A stretch of DNA of 62,748 nt, filler included, from Nitrospirota bacterium (GTDB lineage Bacteria; UBA2233): assembly GCA_011620345.1 (NCBI GenBank). It is 3 parts of 3 records of this genome, joined end to end, with 100 filler letters (N's around TTAATTAATTAA, not from the genome) between each part and the next. Parts side by side here need not be neighbours in the genome. Positions count along the whole stretch, not along the records: positions 1 to 18,336 come from WOZJ01000071.1; 2 more parts are not named here. One strand, written 5' to 3'. A model generated the notes under the pieces. It was not told the DNA's origin, searched no databases, and saw only the letters and a list, made by a program, of their open reading frames with translations. Position 1 is the first letter of the stretch. Each line of letters opens with the position of its first letter. A program made the translations under genes and the position numbers. Shown piece after piece: positions 1 to 9,118 of this stretch.

Positions 1-305
1 TGTTTGAGGCGCTTAAGCAGAAAAACCCGAGCTTAAGGCCAGTATTTTCCAGGCATGGCGATGGGATGAAAAGGGCCGAAGGGGAAGTTGCTATCCTAGC
101 GGTTCGAGGTGGGGACGTGGTTGGAGACCATACCCTGTTTTGCTTTGGGGAGGGAGAACGGTTAGAACTGACCCATAGGGCGCAATCTAGAAGGGCATTC
201 GCAAAAGGTGCGCTCCTAGCTGCCAGCTGGATCCACGGCAAACCGCCAGGTATTTATACGATGGCCGATGTCCTAGGCCTTCCAAGCCTGACCAACAACG
301 AGTAA
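1..305 (+). CDS. dapB: 4-hydroxy-tetrahydrodipicolinate reductase, C-terminal part (5' truncated by window)
   Basis: Frame open from position 3; motifs VRGGDVVGDH, ELTHRAQSRRAFAKGA, PGIYTMADVL. Confidence 0.92.
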   Translation, partial: FEALKQKNPSLRPVFSRHGDGMKRAEGEVAILAVRGGDVVGDHTLFCFGEGERLELTHRAQSRRAFAKGALLAASWIHGKPPGIYTMADVLGLPSLTNNE

Positions 306-319
306 GCAGAGGGAATACG

Positions 320-1480
320 ATGGAAATACGCCTTTCCGAACGCCTCAGAAAGCTCCCGCCGTACTTGTTCCGAGAGGTCGACATGCTAAAACAAAAGGCC
401 CGTCAGGAGGGAAAGAGCTTGATCGACCTGAGCATCGGCGATCCCGACATGCCGACCCCAGGGTTTATCGTGGAGGCCATGGCCGAGGCTATAAGGGACC
501 CATCGAGCCACCGTTACCCCTCTTATGACGGGCTGACGGAGTTTCGCGAGGCTGTGGCCCAGTGGTACAACGAGCGCTTCGGGGTGGAGCTCGACCCAAA
601 AAACGAAGTCGTCGCGTTGATCGGGTCCAAGGAGGGAATCGCCCACCTGCCGTTTGCACTCCTGGACCCTGGCGATGAGGTGCTCGTCCCGGACCCAGGC
701 TACCCAGTGTACACGCAAGCCTCAATCTTGGCGGATGCAATCCCGAAGCCCTTCCCGCTTACATGGGAGTACGGCTTTTTGCCGAAAATGGAAGTGCTCG
801 AGGCTGCGGCAGGCCCTAAAACAAGGCTTATCTACTTGAACTACCCGAACAACCCGACCGCGGCCAGGGCTCCCCTCGGGTTTTTCGAGGAGGTGGCGGC
901 CTGGGCCAAGGTCAAAGGGATCGTTATCGCCCACGATGCCGCCTACAGCGAGGTTTTCTTGGATCCCCCAACCCATAGCTTTTTGCAGGCATACGGCGCC
1001 AAAGAGGTAGGCGTAGAGTTCCATTCGCTCTCGAAGACGTTTAGCATGACAGGCTGGCGGGTTGGGTTTTGCGTAGGAAACGCTTCCGTATTGAAGGCCC
1101 TTGTCCAGGTAAAAAGCAACATCGATTCGGGGGTGTTCGAGGCGATACAGAGGGCCGGGATCGTCGCCTTACGAAACGCAAAGCACGCCTCGCGCGCGAT
1201 CGCTTTGGTGTACGCCCAAAGAAGGAAGCAAGCGGTAGGACGCCTCAAGTCCGCCGGTATCGAGGTCTTTCCGTCGGATGCCACGTTCTACCTCTGGTGC
1301 AGGGTTCCGAAGGGCTCCGATTCCCGCGCCTTTGCAAAGCGCCTGATCGAGGAGAGCCAAGTCGTCGTCACCCCGGGCGTAGGGTTTGGCAGCATGGGAG
1401 AAGGGTTCTTCCGAATCAGCCTGACGGCCCCGGACGAAATGATTTCAACAGGGGTCGAGCGCATCGTGCAAGCTTTTTGA
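320..1480 (+). CDS. dapL: LL-diaminopimelate aminotransferase (class I PLP enzyme)
   Basis: LPPYLF N-terminus, IGSKEGIAH, NYPNNPT, EFHSLSKTFSMTGWRVG; follows dapB. Confidence 0.88.
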   Translation: MEIRLSERLRKLPPYLFREVDMLKQKARQEGKSLIDLSIGDPDMPTPGFIVEAMAEAIRDPSSHRYPSYDGLTEFREAVAQWYNERFGVELDPKNEVVALIGSKEGIAHLPFALLDPGDEVLVPDPGYPVYTQASILADAIPKPFPLTWEYGFLPKMEVLEAAAGPKTRLIYLNYPNNPTAARAPLGFFEEVAAWAKVKGIVIAHDAAYSEVFLDPPTHSFLQAYGAKEVGVEFHSLSKTFSMTGWRVGFCVGNASVLKALVQVKSNIDSGVFEAIQRAGIVALRNAKHASRAIALVYAQRRKQAVGRLKSAGIEVFPSDATFYLWCRVPKGSDSRAFAKRLIEESQVVVTPGVGFGSMGEGFFRISLTAPDEMISTGVERIVQAF

Positions 1481-1489
1481 GGCTGCCAG

Positions 1490-1987
1490 GTGGAGGAAGT
1501 CTACCTCGGCGTGGGCTCCAACATCCCGCCGCGGTTCCAGTGGGTCGGGGTTGGGCTTGGCTGGCTCTTGAAGGAAGGGGCCATCCAGGGGCCGGTTTTT
1601 TCACGGGCCTACATAAGCAGCCCCTGGGGGGAGGGGAGCTTTGGCGAGGCGTACGTAAACCTAGTGCTTCGAGCAATGACCCCGTTGGCCCCGGAACCCT
1701 TGCTCGACGCGCTGAAACGTGCCGAGCGTGTTGCCGGAAGAAAAGAAGCCTCCAAGAACGCCCCAAGAGAGCTTGATCTGGATATTCTTTTGTACGGTGC
1801 ACGGATCATAAAGACCTCGAAGCTTGAGGTTCCGCATCCAAGAATCCCTAGGAGGCGCTTTGTCCTGGAGCCTATGGCAGATTTAAACCCTGGGCTTGTG
1901 CATCCAGGTCTCAACCGGCCTATTCGTTCGCTCCTTGCTTTGTGCCCCGATTCGGGCTTAGTCCTTCCTTTGTTCTGTAAGCGATAA
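1490..1987 (+). CDS. folK: 2-amino-4-hydroxy-6-hydroxymethyldihydropteridine diphosphokinase
   Basis: YLGVGSN, PRELDLDILLY, PHPRIPRRRFVLEP motifs. Confidence 0.92.
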   Translation: MEEVYLGVGSNIPPRFQWVGVGLGWLLKEGAIQGPVFSRAYISSPWGEGSFGEAYVNLVLRAMTPLAPEPLLDALKRAERVAGRKEASKNAPRELDLDILLYGARIIKTSKLEVPHPRIPRRRFVLEPMADLNPGLVHPGLNRPIRSLLALCPDSGLVLPLFCKR

Positions 1988-1998
1988 AGAGACTTGCC

Positions 1999-2886
1999 AT
2001 GTCCCAAGAAAAGCAAGAATTGCAAAGAAGGCTCCCTAAATGGCTTCGGGTGCCCAGTCCCGTGGGGCCCGGGCCGGATGCTACATGGAGGGCGTTAAGC
2101 GGGCTAGGCCTCAACACGGTCTGCAATGAGGCGCGTTGTCCCAACCTAGGGGAGTGTTTTGCCCGCCAAACGGCAACATTCATGATTTTGGGAAAGGTTT
2201 GCACGAGACAATGCCGATTCTGCGGCGTTCCAAAGGGCGGGCCTGACCCATTGGATTCAAAGGAGCCCGAGCGGGTCGCGAAGGCAGCGGAAATGCTCGG
2301 AATGAAACATGTCGTGATAACCTCGGTTACGAGAGACGACCTGCCAGACCAGGGCGCCTTGCAGTTCCTGGCCACGATCCAGGCGGTAGCGAAAGCCCTT
2401 CCCAAAGCAGGGATTGAAGCCCTTACCCCCGACTTTCAGGGCAAGGCAAGCCTTGTTGAGCTTGTTGCAGCCGCTCCTGTCCGGGTCTTCGCCCATAACC
2501 TGGAGACGGTCCCAAGCCTTTATCCAAAAGTACGTCCGGGAGCAGAATTCGAAAGGTCCCTTGAGGTCCTAAGGGCCGCCAAAAAGGCCAACCCTTTGGT
2601 CTTTACGAAGACGGGCTTCATGCTGGGGTTAGGGGAGACACTCTCAGAGCTATTCTCGGCGCTTAAAGCCGCAAAGGATGCGAATGTCGACATGGTAACG
2701 CTCGGCCAGTACCTAAGGCCAAGCATAAAACAACTCCCCGTAGAGAGGTTCTTTCCGCCCGAGGCGTTTCAAGAGATTGGCAAGAAGGTCAAAGCGCTAG
2801 GGTTTCGCTCTGTCGTCGCCGGACCGCTCGTTCGGAGTTCCTACAGGTCCAGGCAGGCGCTTGAGCAAGCAGGCGGGACCTCTTAA
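1999..2886 (+). CDS. lipA: Lipoyl synthase
   Basis: CNEARCPNLGEC auxiliary-cluster motif, CTRQCRFC radical SAM motif, HNLETV, VRSSY. Confidence 0.95.
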   Translation: MSQEKQELQRRLPKWLRVPSPVGPGPDATWRALSGLGLNTVCNEARCPNLGECFARQTATFMILGKVCTRQCRFCGVPKGGPDPLDSKEPERVAKAAEMLGMKHVVITSVTRDDLPDQGALQFLATIQAVAKALPKAGIEALTPDFQGKASLVELVAAAPVRVFAHNLETVPSLYPKVRPGAEFERSLEVLRAAKKANPLVFTKTGFMLGLGETLSELFSALKAAKDANVDMVTLGQYLRPSIKQLPVERFFPPEAFQEIGKKVKALGFRSVVAGPLVRSSYRSRQALEQAGGTS

Positions 2887-2899
2887 GCCCCGCCTGCTT
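2867..2899. terminator. Hairpin between convergent lipA and sod, probable bidirectional terminator
   Basis: AAGCAGGCGGG (2867-2877) and CCCGCCTGCTT (2889-2899) are a perfect 11-bp inverted repeat. Confidence 0.6.
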
Positions 2900-2904
2900 C
2901 GATT

Positions 2905-3528
2905 TTAGCCGATAAACGAGCCAAGTGCCTCGCAAGCCTTCTTACACTTGGCGAAGCGGGCGTTGATTATATCCCAGTTGAGATTACCGAAGAAATTTTC
3001 GATATAAGGCGGCCTTTTGGGCCCTTGGTCGACGTAGTAGGCGTGCTCGTATACATCCAGGACGATCAACGGCAGAGAGCCTACATACCCGTAGAGGTTG
3101 TGGGCATCCAAGCCGTTGACGACAAGCTCGCCGCTAAAGAGGTCGCAAGAAAGCAGTGCCCAGCCCCTTAGCGCGATTCCTGAAGCCTTGAGTTCTTCCT
3201 GGCACTTTTCCATCGAACCAAACGCCTTTTCGACTGCGGCCTTGAGCTCAGGCGAGGGCGATCCTTTGGCACCGAGGTTCTCGAAGTACAGCTCATGAAG
3301 AACAACTCCCATGTAGTTGAAGCTTTCTTCGACTTTGAGCGCCCGGTACTCCGAGAAGTTTTGGTTTGCCTTGGAGCGGTCGGCACCAGCCAGTTTTTCT
3401 TGAATTTCGTTGTACTTGGTCACGTATCCTTTGTAATGCGTATCGAAGTGGAAGTCGATTTGCTTGTCGGAAATCCCGTTCAAATTCTTCGGCTTGAGGT
3501 TGTCCCTCGGGTTTAAGGACTTCGACAT
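2905..3528 (-). CDS. Fe/Mn superoxide dismutase family protein
   Basis: HFDTHYKGY, LHELYFENL, LDVYEHAYY metal-ligand motifs; ATG at 3528 after GGAGG. Confidence 0.88.
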   Translation of the reverse strand: MSKSLNPRDNLKPKNLNGISDKQIDFHFDTHYKGYVTKYNEIQEKLAGADRSKANQNFSEYRALKVEESFNYMGVVLHELYFENLGAKGSPSPELKAAVEKAFGSMEKCQEELKASGIALRGWALLSCDLFSGELVVNGLDAHNLYGYVGSLPLIVLDVYEHAYYVDQGPKRPPYIENFFGNLNWDIINARFAKCKKACEALGSFIG

Positions 3529-3641
3529 TTGTGACCCTCCTGTTTTTGTTTTAAGCTTTTTTAGACAAGAAAAACCAGAAAGCCCAAGCATAATTATTCT
3601 ATCCGTATCGTCTTTGGGCTGTCAAACCCATAAGGGTCGTC

Positions 3642-5390
3642 ATGCAAGAAGAAGACAAAAAGAAGCCGCTAAGCAAAGAAGCGTTCGTGGCCATGCTCGA
3701 GAAGGTCGCTTTTTTCTTGGAGCTCGAGGGTGCCGACCCGTTTCGAGTCCGCGCTTATGAAGAGGCGAAAAGGGCGCTTCAAGCCTCCGAGGTGGACATT
3801 GGCGATATCGCACAGGACAAGGCCAAGGTTAAGGGCATTGGCAAGCATATCCAAGAGCTTATCCGAGAATACCTTGCTACAGGGGGCCTAGGCCTTTTGG
3901 AGCAGCTAACCCAGAAGTATCCCGTCTCGCTCCTCGAGCTTGGAAAGATTCCCGGGCTTGGGATAAAAAAAATCAAGGCGCTCTACGATGCGCTCAAGGT
4001 TTCAACGCCCGAGGAGCTTCGGTATGCAATAGAGGAAAACAGGCTGCTTGGCCTCGAAGGCTTTGGCATAAAAACTCAGGAGACCCTGCTTAAGCACCTA
4101 TTCCTTTACGAAGAGAGACTCGGAGCCGTCCTCTTGCCCACAGGGGATGCGATTTGGAAGACGCTTCAGGATGGGCTTCAAGAAAGGCTCCCGGAAGTTC
4201 GGCTGTTTCCAGCGGGCGAGCTAAGAAGGCGCTGTCCCGTTCTTGCAGGCATCGATTGCCTGGCTGTGGCAAGCGACCCGGCTTTGCTTTGGAAGGCACT
4301 CGATGAACCTTTTCCTATTCTGAACGATGTCGTCAAGCAAGCTGACGAAGCCATCGTCGGGAAAGGGGATGGCGGCGTTCGCGTGGCCTTGACGTCCGTT
4401 TCCGCGCGCTCGTTCCCCACAAGATACTTCTTTACGACAGGAAGCTCCTCCCACGTAGAGGAAATCACCCGCCGGCTTGGCGCGGGCGGGTATTCTATGG
4501 CCCCAGAAGGCATCCATACGCACGGCGAGGAAAAGCCTGTCGAGCTCCGATCAGAGGAGGAAATTTACGCCTTGGTTGGCCTGCCCTGGATCCCGCCGGA
4601 GCTGAGGGAAGGGCTTGTGGAGTTTGACCCTGCTGTCCTTAAGAACCTTCCCGACCTCGTAAGCCAAAGCGATATCCAAGGGGCCCTTCACGTCCATACG
4701 CGGTTTAGCGACGGTATGGACGAACTCGAGGCTATGATTGCGCATGCAAGATCGCTCGGGCTTGCCTACATCGGCATTTCTGATCATTCCAAGTCTGCCT
4801 ATTACGCGGGGGGGCTTACCCAAGAGAAGCTCTTCGAGCAAAAAAAGCAAATCGAAGGACTAAGGGAGGATTTTCCGGAAATTCGAATTTTCCACGGTAT
4901 CGAATCGGACATCCTGCCGGACGGCTCCATCGATTATGACGAGGCTGTTTGGAAGCAGCTCGATTTCATCATCGCATCCGTACACAGCCATTTCCAAATG
5001 GACAAGACCGCCATGACCGAGCGGGTCCTTAAGGCGATAAGAAACCCTTACGTAACAATCCTTGGCCATCCTACGGGCAGGCTCTTGTTGGCCAGGGAGC
5101 CTTACGCAATCGATTTAGAGGCCGTCATCCAAGAGATTGCAAGGCTAGGGAAGGCGATCGAGCTGAACGCCCACCCCCAGAGACTCGATGTCGATTACCG
5201 CTGCGCCACAACGCTTCTTGCCTCGGGCGTTTTCGTCTCTATCAATCCTGACGCCCATCAGCGCTCCGGGTTGACCGACATTCGATACGGTGTCGATGTC
5301 GCAAGAAAGGCAGGGCTTCCCAAGGCGCACATCCTGAACGCCTTAACGGCCTGCGAGGTGGGTGAGTTTTTCATGCGGCAGGGCTTGTAA
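3642..5390 (+). CDS. polX: DNA polymerase X family protein with C-terminal PHP domain (non-canonical polymerase site)
   Basis: FRVRAY, HhH motifs GIGK and IPGLG; PHP motifs HVHT..SDG, DHS, HPTGR, DAH. Confidence 0.9.
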   Translation: MQEEDKKKPLSKEAFVAMLEKVAFFLELEGADPFRVRAYEEAKRALQASEVDIGDIAQDKAKVKGIGKHIQELIREYLATGGLGLLEQLTQKYPVSLLELGKIPGLGIKKIKALYDALKVSTPEELRYAIEENRLLGLEGFGIKTQETLLKHLFLYEERLGAVLLPTGDAIWKTLQDGLQERLPEVRLFPAGELRRRCPVLAGIDCLAVASDPALLWKALDEPFPILNDVVKQADEAIVGKGDGGVRVALTSVSARSFPTRYFFTTGSSSHVEEITRRLGAGGYSMAPEGIHTHGEEKPVELRSEEEIYALVGLPWIPPELREGLVEFDPAVLKNLPDLVSQSDIQGALHVHTRFSDGMDELEAMIAHARSLGLAYIGISDHSKSAYYAGGLTQEKLFEQKKQIEGLREDFPEIRIFHGIESDILPDGSIDYDEAVWKQLDFIIASVHSHFQMDKTAMTERVLKAIRNPYVTILGHPTGRLLLAREPYAIDLEAVIQEIARLGKAIELNAHPQRLDVDYRCATTLLASGVFVSINPDAHQRSGLTDIRYGVDVARKAGLPKAHILNALTACEVGEFFMRQGL

Positions 5391-6246
5391 GCCTTGCCAT
5401 CCGCTCTCGCGCTTGCACGCTCTCCGGAGCGTCTGGATAATTCCGGATAAGCCTGCCAAGAACCTTCAGGGCATCCTCTTTTAAGTTTAAGCGCTCGTAA
5501 CACTCGGCCTCTTTCAGGAGGGCTTCGGGAGCCTTGTTTCCCTTAGGATACCGGACGACTACCGTATCGTACTCGTAAATAGCGTTGGCAAAGAGCCCTT
5601 GGGCAAAAAACGAGTCGCCTACAAGGAACTGGGCATCGTCTCCCACCTCGGCCTCGGGGTGGCGCAAAACCAAATCCTGGGCTACTGCCCGAGCCTTGGC
5701 ATAATCTTTTTGAAGAAGCGCCTTCTTTGCTTGAAGGAGAAGCTTTACGGCCGGGTCCTCGATGGACTCGAGCAGCTCGAACTCTTTTGTAACGGCACTT
5801 ACGGTTTGGTTTGGCTCTTCTTTCGCCTCAAACAGGGGATCGAGCCTCAAGGGCATCGGGGCCAAGCTTGGAGATTTTTGGGGTTTTTGAGGCGCCGGGA
5901 AAGAGACCTTTGGCGGCATGATGGGTATAGGCGTAAGGCTAGGCTTGCCGGAAGTACCTTGAAGGATTTTGGCCTCGAGCGATGTAAGCCGCTGCTCCTG
6001 GGCCAACTGCTTTTGGCTGACCTCGCTAAGCGCAACCCTGACACTATCGAGCTCTGTCTCGATATTCTTCTGGCCTTCGGCCATTCGCGCGTCCAGTGCC
6101 TTGATCTGTTCTGCCACATCTTGGAGAATCTTGCGTTCGCCCGCCTGCTTAGAGTTTGTCGTGGCGCACCCGGCACCAAAAGCCCCCACGCTAAAGGCGA
6201 GGGAAAAAGCAACCACGGAACTTTTGGCTTTCCCAGGGTGCACCAC
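5371..6246 (-). CDS. Tol-Pal associated coiled-coil/TPR lipoprotein (CpoB/YbgF-like)
   Basis: Lipobox-like GAGC, coiled coil, Pro-rich linker, TPR region YPKGNKAPEALLK..YPDA. Confidence 0.78.
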   Translation of the reverse strand: MVHPGKAKSSVVAFSLAFSVGAFGAGCATTNSKQAGERKILQDVAEQIKALDARMAEGQKNIETELDSVRVALSEVSQKQLAQEQRLTSLEAKILQGTSGKPSLTPIPIMPPKVSFPAPQKPQKSPSLAPMPLRLDPLFEAKEEPNQTVSAVTKEFELLESIEDPAVKLLLQAKKALLQKDYAKARAVAQDLVLRHPEAEVGDDAQFLVGDSFFAQGLFANAIYEYDTVVVRYPKGNKAPEALLKEAECYERLNLKEDALKVLGRLIRNYPDAPESVQARERMARLTSPAA

Positions 6247-6265
6247 GGGTTTTCTTGGATCTTGG

Positions 6266-6661
<396 letters not shown>

Positions 6662-6747
6662 CTATTCGCCTATGGGGCCTCGAAGCGCCCTTTAACGCAA
6701 GATCATTAATAAACGCAAGGAAAGCAAAACCGCTTGCCAGCGCGCAA

Positions 6748-6776
6748 TTTACAATGCGCCTATATCATGTTAGGAT
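6748..6776 (+). promoter_or_regulatory. Putative sigma70 promoter P1 of the lipoprotein-GGDEF-flagellar region
   Basis: TTTACA-17nt-TAGGAT with extended -10 TG. Confidence 0.45.
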
Positions 6777-6872
6777 GACTTGCGGGGAGCTTTAAAAAGG
6801 CGGCCGGATGCCCGAAGTTGATTGGATAGAGGATATAACCTATCCGGATCGCCGCAGTTAAAGGCGAGAAGC

Positions 6873-6900
6873 TTGACTTGAGCTCCGGGGGGCGTAAGAT
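6873..6900 (+). promoter_or_regulatory. Putative sigma70 promoter P2
   Basis: TTGACT-16nt-TAAGAT. Confidence 0.4.
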
Positions 6901-6944
6901 ATGCTTACGTCTCGAGAAGATGACTCTGGAGGCAGGAGGGGGTA

Positions 6945-7388
6945 GTGCATGGCATGAAACATTCCGGCTTTGGCGATTGCAGGCTATGGATGCTTCCTAT
7001 GTTAATGGGCCTTGGCGTTGTATGCTTTTTTGCTCCAGGGTGCGCCTCTAGCAAGGATGCCTTCAAGGGAACGCCCGTGCCCGTCGTAACCCACGAGGGG
7101 TTGAACGCGGCGGGAGCAGAGACTTTACGGAGCCTTCGTAAAGACCCCTCCATCGAGGCATTCGTTTCGCAGCACGGTATTCCAAGCTATCTCATAAAAA
7201 AAGAAGATAGGCTTTTTTTGGTGTACACCCAAACCAACTTGGTGTACGCCTTCGAAAAAAGCTTACTGGAGAGAACGTACAAGCTTCTTTACGCCAAATC
7301 TATCCCTTCGGATATTCGCAACGCCCTCTCTTTCGAGGATCAAGCTGCTATCGAAAAGAACCTTCCTTTATACAGGGCTAGCCCCTAG
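6945..7388 (+). CDS. Hypothetical lipoprotein
   Basis: Hydrophobic segment ending FFAPGC (lipobox-like); GGAGG upstream. Confidence 0.6.
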   Translation: MHGMKHSGFGDCRLWMLPMLMGLGVVCFFAPGCASSKDAFKGTPVPVVTHEGLNAAGAETLRSLRKDPSIEAFVSQHGIPSYLIKKEDRLFLVYTQTNLVYAFEKSLLERTYKLLYAKSIPSDIRNALSFEDQAAIEKNLPLYRASP

Positions 7389-7389
7389 C

Positions 7390-8829
7390 ATGAAGGGCGA
7401 CTCTGCCTTGCCCAAAGAACATGGCTCCGATGCGAGCCCAAATAAGGTGTTCTTGGTGGGGTTTACCGAAAAAGAACGCGGTACACTCGAGGCGCTCCTT
7501 GGTTCGCTCCCCAAGCCGCCAGCAGTAGAGGTTGTAAACCACGACCTCCATGCCTGGCTAGACGACAAAGCCCTTCAGCAAAAGATAAAAGGAGGGTTAC
7601 CGATCGTCCCTTCGATCGTGGTGCGACGCTCTCCGAAAATGTTCGAACGCTTGCTAGCCCTGCAGCCGGATACCTACGTCCTGGTTGGCGGGGACCCCTT
7701 AGATCTTGAGCTTGGACCCGTAAAGAACAAGCCGCGCCATGTTCTAAAAAGGCCCGTTACAGCCGAGAACCTACTTTCGCTTTTTCTGGAAGCTCGAGGG
7801 CATTCCACTGAGTCCTTGCAAGCTCCGGTCGTTGGGGATAGGCAAATTCCCAAGGTTCATGCTCTTCAAGGGGCTACCCCAGAATCTATAGATCTCTTAA
7901 GGAAAGTCTACCAGTCGCTGGATCTAAAAAAGGCGTACGCTGGCGCCCTTTTAGCCCTAAGTACGCTTACAAAGGCGGGGGCGGGGGCGGTACTCGAGCA
8001 GGTGCGTGGGGAGCAAGGCTGGCGTATGCGGTGCCATGAGGGCATGGAGCCAGAAGGAATTCATGCACTCCAGGCCGTGATACGCCAAGTAGAAGAATCC
8101 AGCCGCATAAAAGAGCCCGTTCTTGACCAAATACAGCCTATAGGCAAGTTCTCGCACCTTTCTCTATACCCGATCCCCTTGATGGATGAGGGGTTGGCGT
8201 TGATTGCCTTACTTTCTGAAGGACCTTCGGGAGGTTCTTTGCCCTGGATATACGCAGACGTAATCCCTGCACTGCAGAATGCCTGGATTTTTACCTCGAT
8301 CCAGGACAAGAGCTTTGCAGACCCCGTTACAGGCGTATTCAACAGGCGCTTCCTGGAAATCGAGCTTCCGAGGGAACTTTTTAGGGCAAAGCGCCATCAA
8401 AGAAGGGTAAGCATCCTCTTTGTCGAAGCTGACGGCATGGCTGACCTTGCAAGGAATCAAGGAGAAGATGTTGTCTATCGGGTATTAAAAGAGACGGCCC
8501 GTCGGCTCTCTCCTGACGATGGATGCATTCGGAACGTCGACTTACTCATGAAATACGGAACTTACAGCTTTGTCATCGTTTTGATCGAGTCTGACTATCA
8601 AAGTACGCTTAAGGTTGTTGCCCCTCGCGTGTTGAGGGTGATTAGGGAAAAGCCATTCCTTGAAGGGGAAGGAATGAGTTTTTCTTTGACTGCAAGCGTT
8701 GGGATAGCGAATTTCCCGATCACGAGCTGGGATTGGAAACTGTTGTTGGCCGCGGGAGAGAAGGCGCTCAAAGAAGCCCAAAGGGCGGGCGGAAACGTGG
8801 TTGTTCTGGCCAAAGAGAGCAGCGCATAG
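7390..8829 (+). CDS. GAF-like/GGDEF domain protein with degenerate active site
   Basis: DPVTGVFNRR, TASVGIA and AQRAGGN are GGDEF-fold landmarks; the signature reads KYGTYSF. Confidence 0.8.
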   Translation: MKGDSALPKEHGSDASPNKVFLVGFTEKERGTLEALLGSLPKPPAVEVVNHDLHAWLDDKALQQKIKGGLPIVPSIVVRRSPKMFERLLALQPDTYVLVGGDPLDLELGPVKNKPRHVLKRPVTAENLLSLFLEARGHSTESLQAPVVGDRQIPKVHALQGATPESIDLLRKVYQSLDLKKAYAGALLALSTLTKAGAGAVLEQVRGEQGWRMRCHEGMEPEGIHALQAVIRQVEESSRIKEPVLDQIQPIGKFSHLSLYPIPLMDEGLALIALLSEGPSGGSLPWIYADVIPALQNAWIFTSIQDKSFADPVTGVFNRRFLEIELPRELFRAKRHQRRVSILFVEADGMADLARNQGEDVVYRVLKETARRLSPDDGCIRNVDLLMKYGTYSFVIVLIESDYQSTLKVVAPRVLRVIREKPFLEGEGMSFSLTASVGIANFPITSWDWKLLLAAGEKALKEAQRAGGNVVVLAKESSA

Positions 8830-8839
8830 GGGAAAAAAG

Positions 8840-9118
8840 ATGACGACAAGGGTGCCCGTTGCAATAGCACTTCGCTACGACCCTAAGGCCGATATGGCGC
8901 CTAGGATTATTGCCAAGGGAAAGGGCGCAGTAGCCGAGCGCATCAAGCAAGAGGCCATGGGGCACGACATAAAGATTGTCGTGCAGCCCTCTGTAGCCCA
9001 GGCGCTTTTTAGGCTCAAGCTGAACGAAGAAATCCCCAAGGAGCTCTACCTTGCCGTAGCGCGCGTGCTTGCCTATATTTACGAACAACGCGGACTTTTG
9101 GGCGATCGTGGTAAATAA
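8840..9118 (+). CDS. Stand-alone FlhB C-terminal-like protein (FlhX/YlqH-type)
   Basis: AIALRYD, APRIIAKGKG, EEIPKELYLAVARVLAYIY. Confidence 0.88.
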   Translation: MTTRVPVAIALRYDPKADMAPRIIAKGKGAVAERIKQEAMGHDIKIVVQPSVAQALFRLKLNEEIPKELYLAVARVLAYIYEQRGLLGDRGK

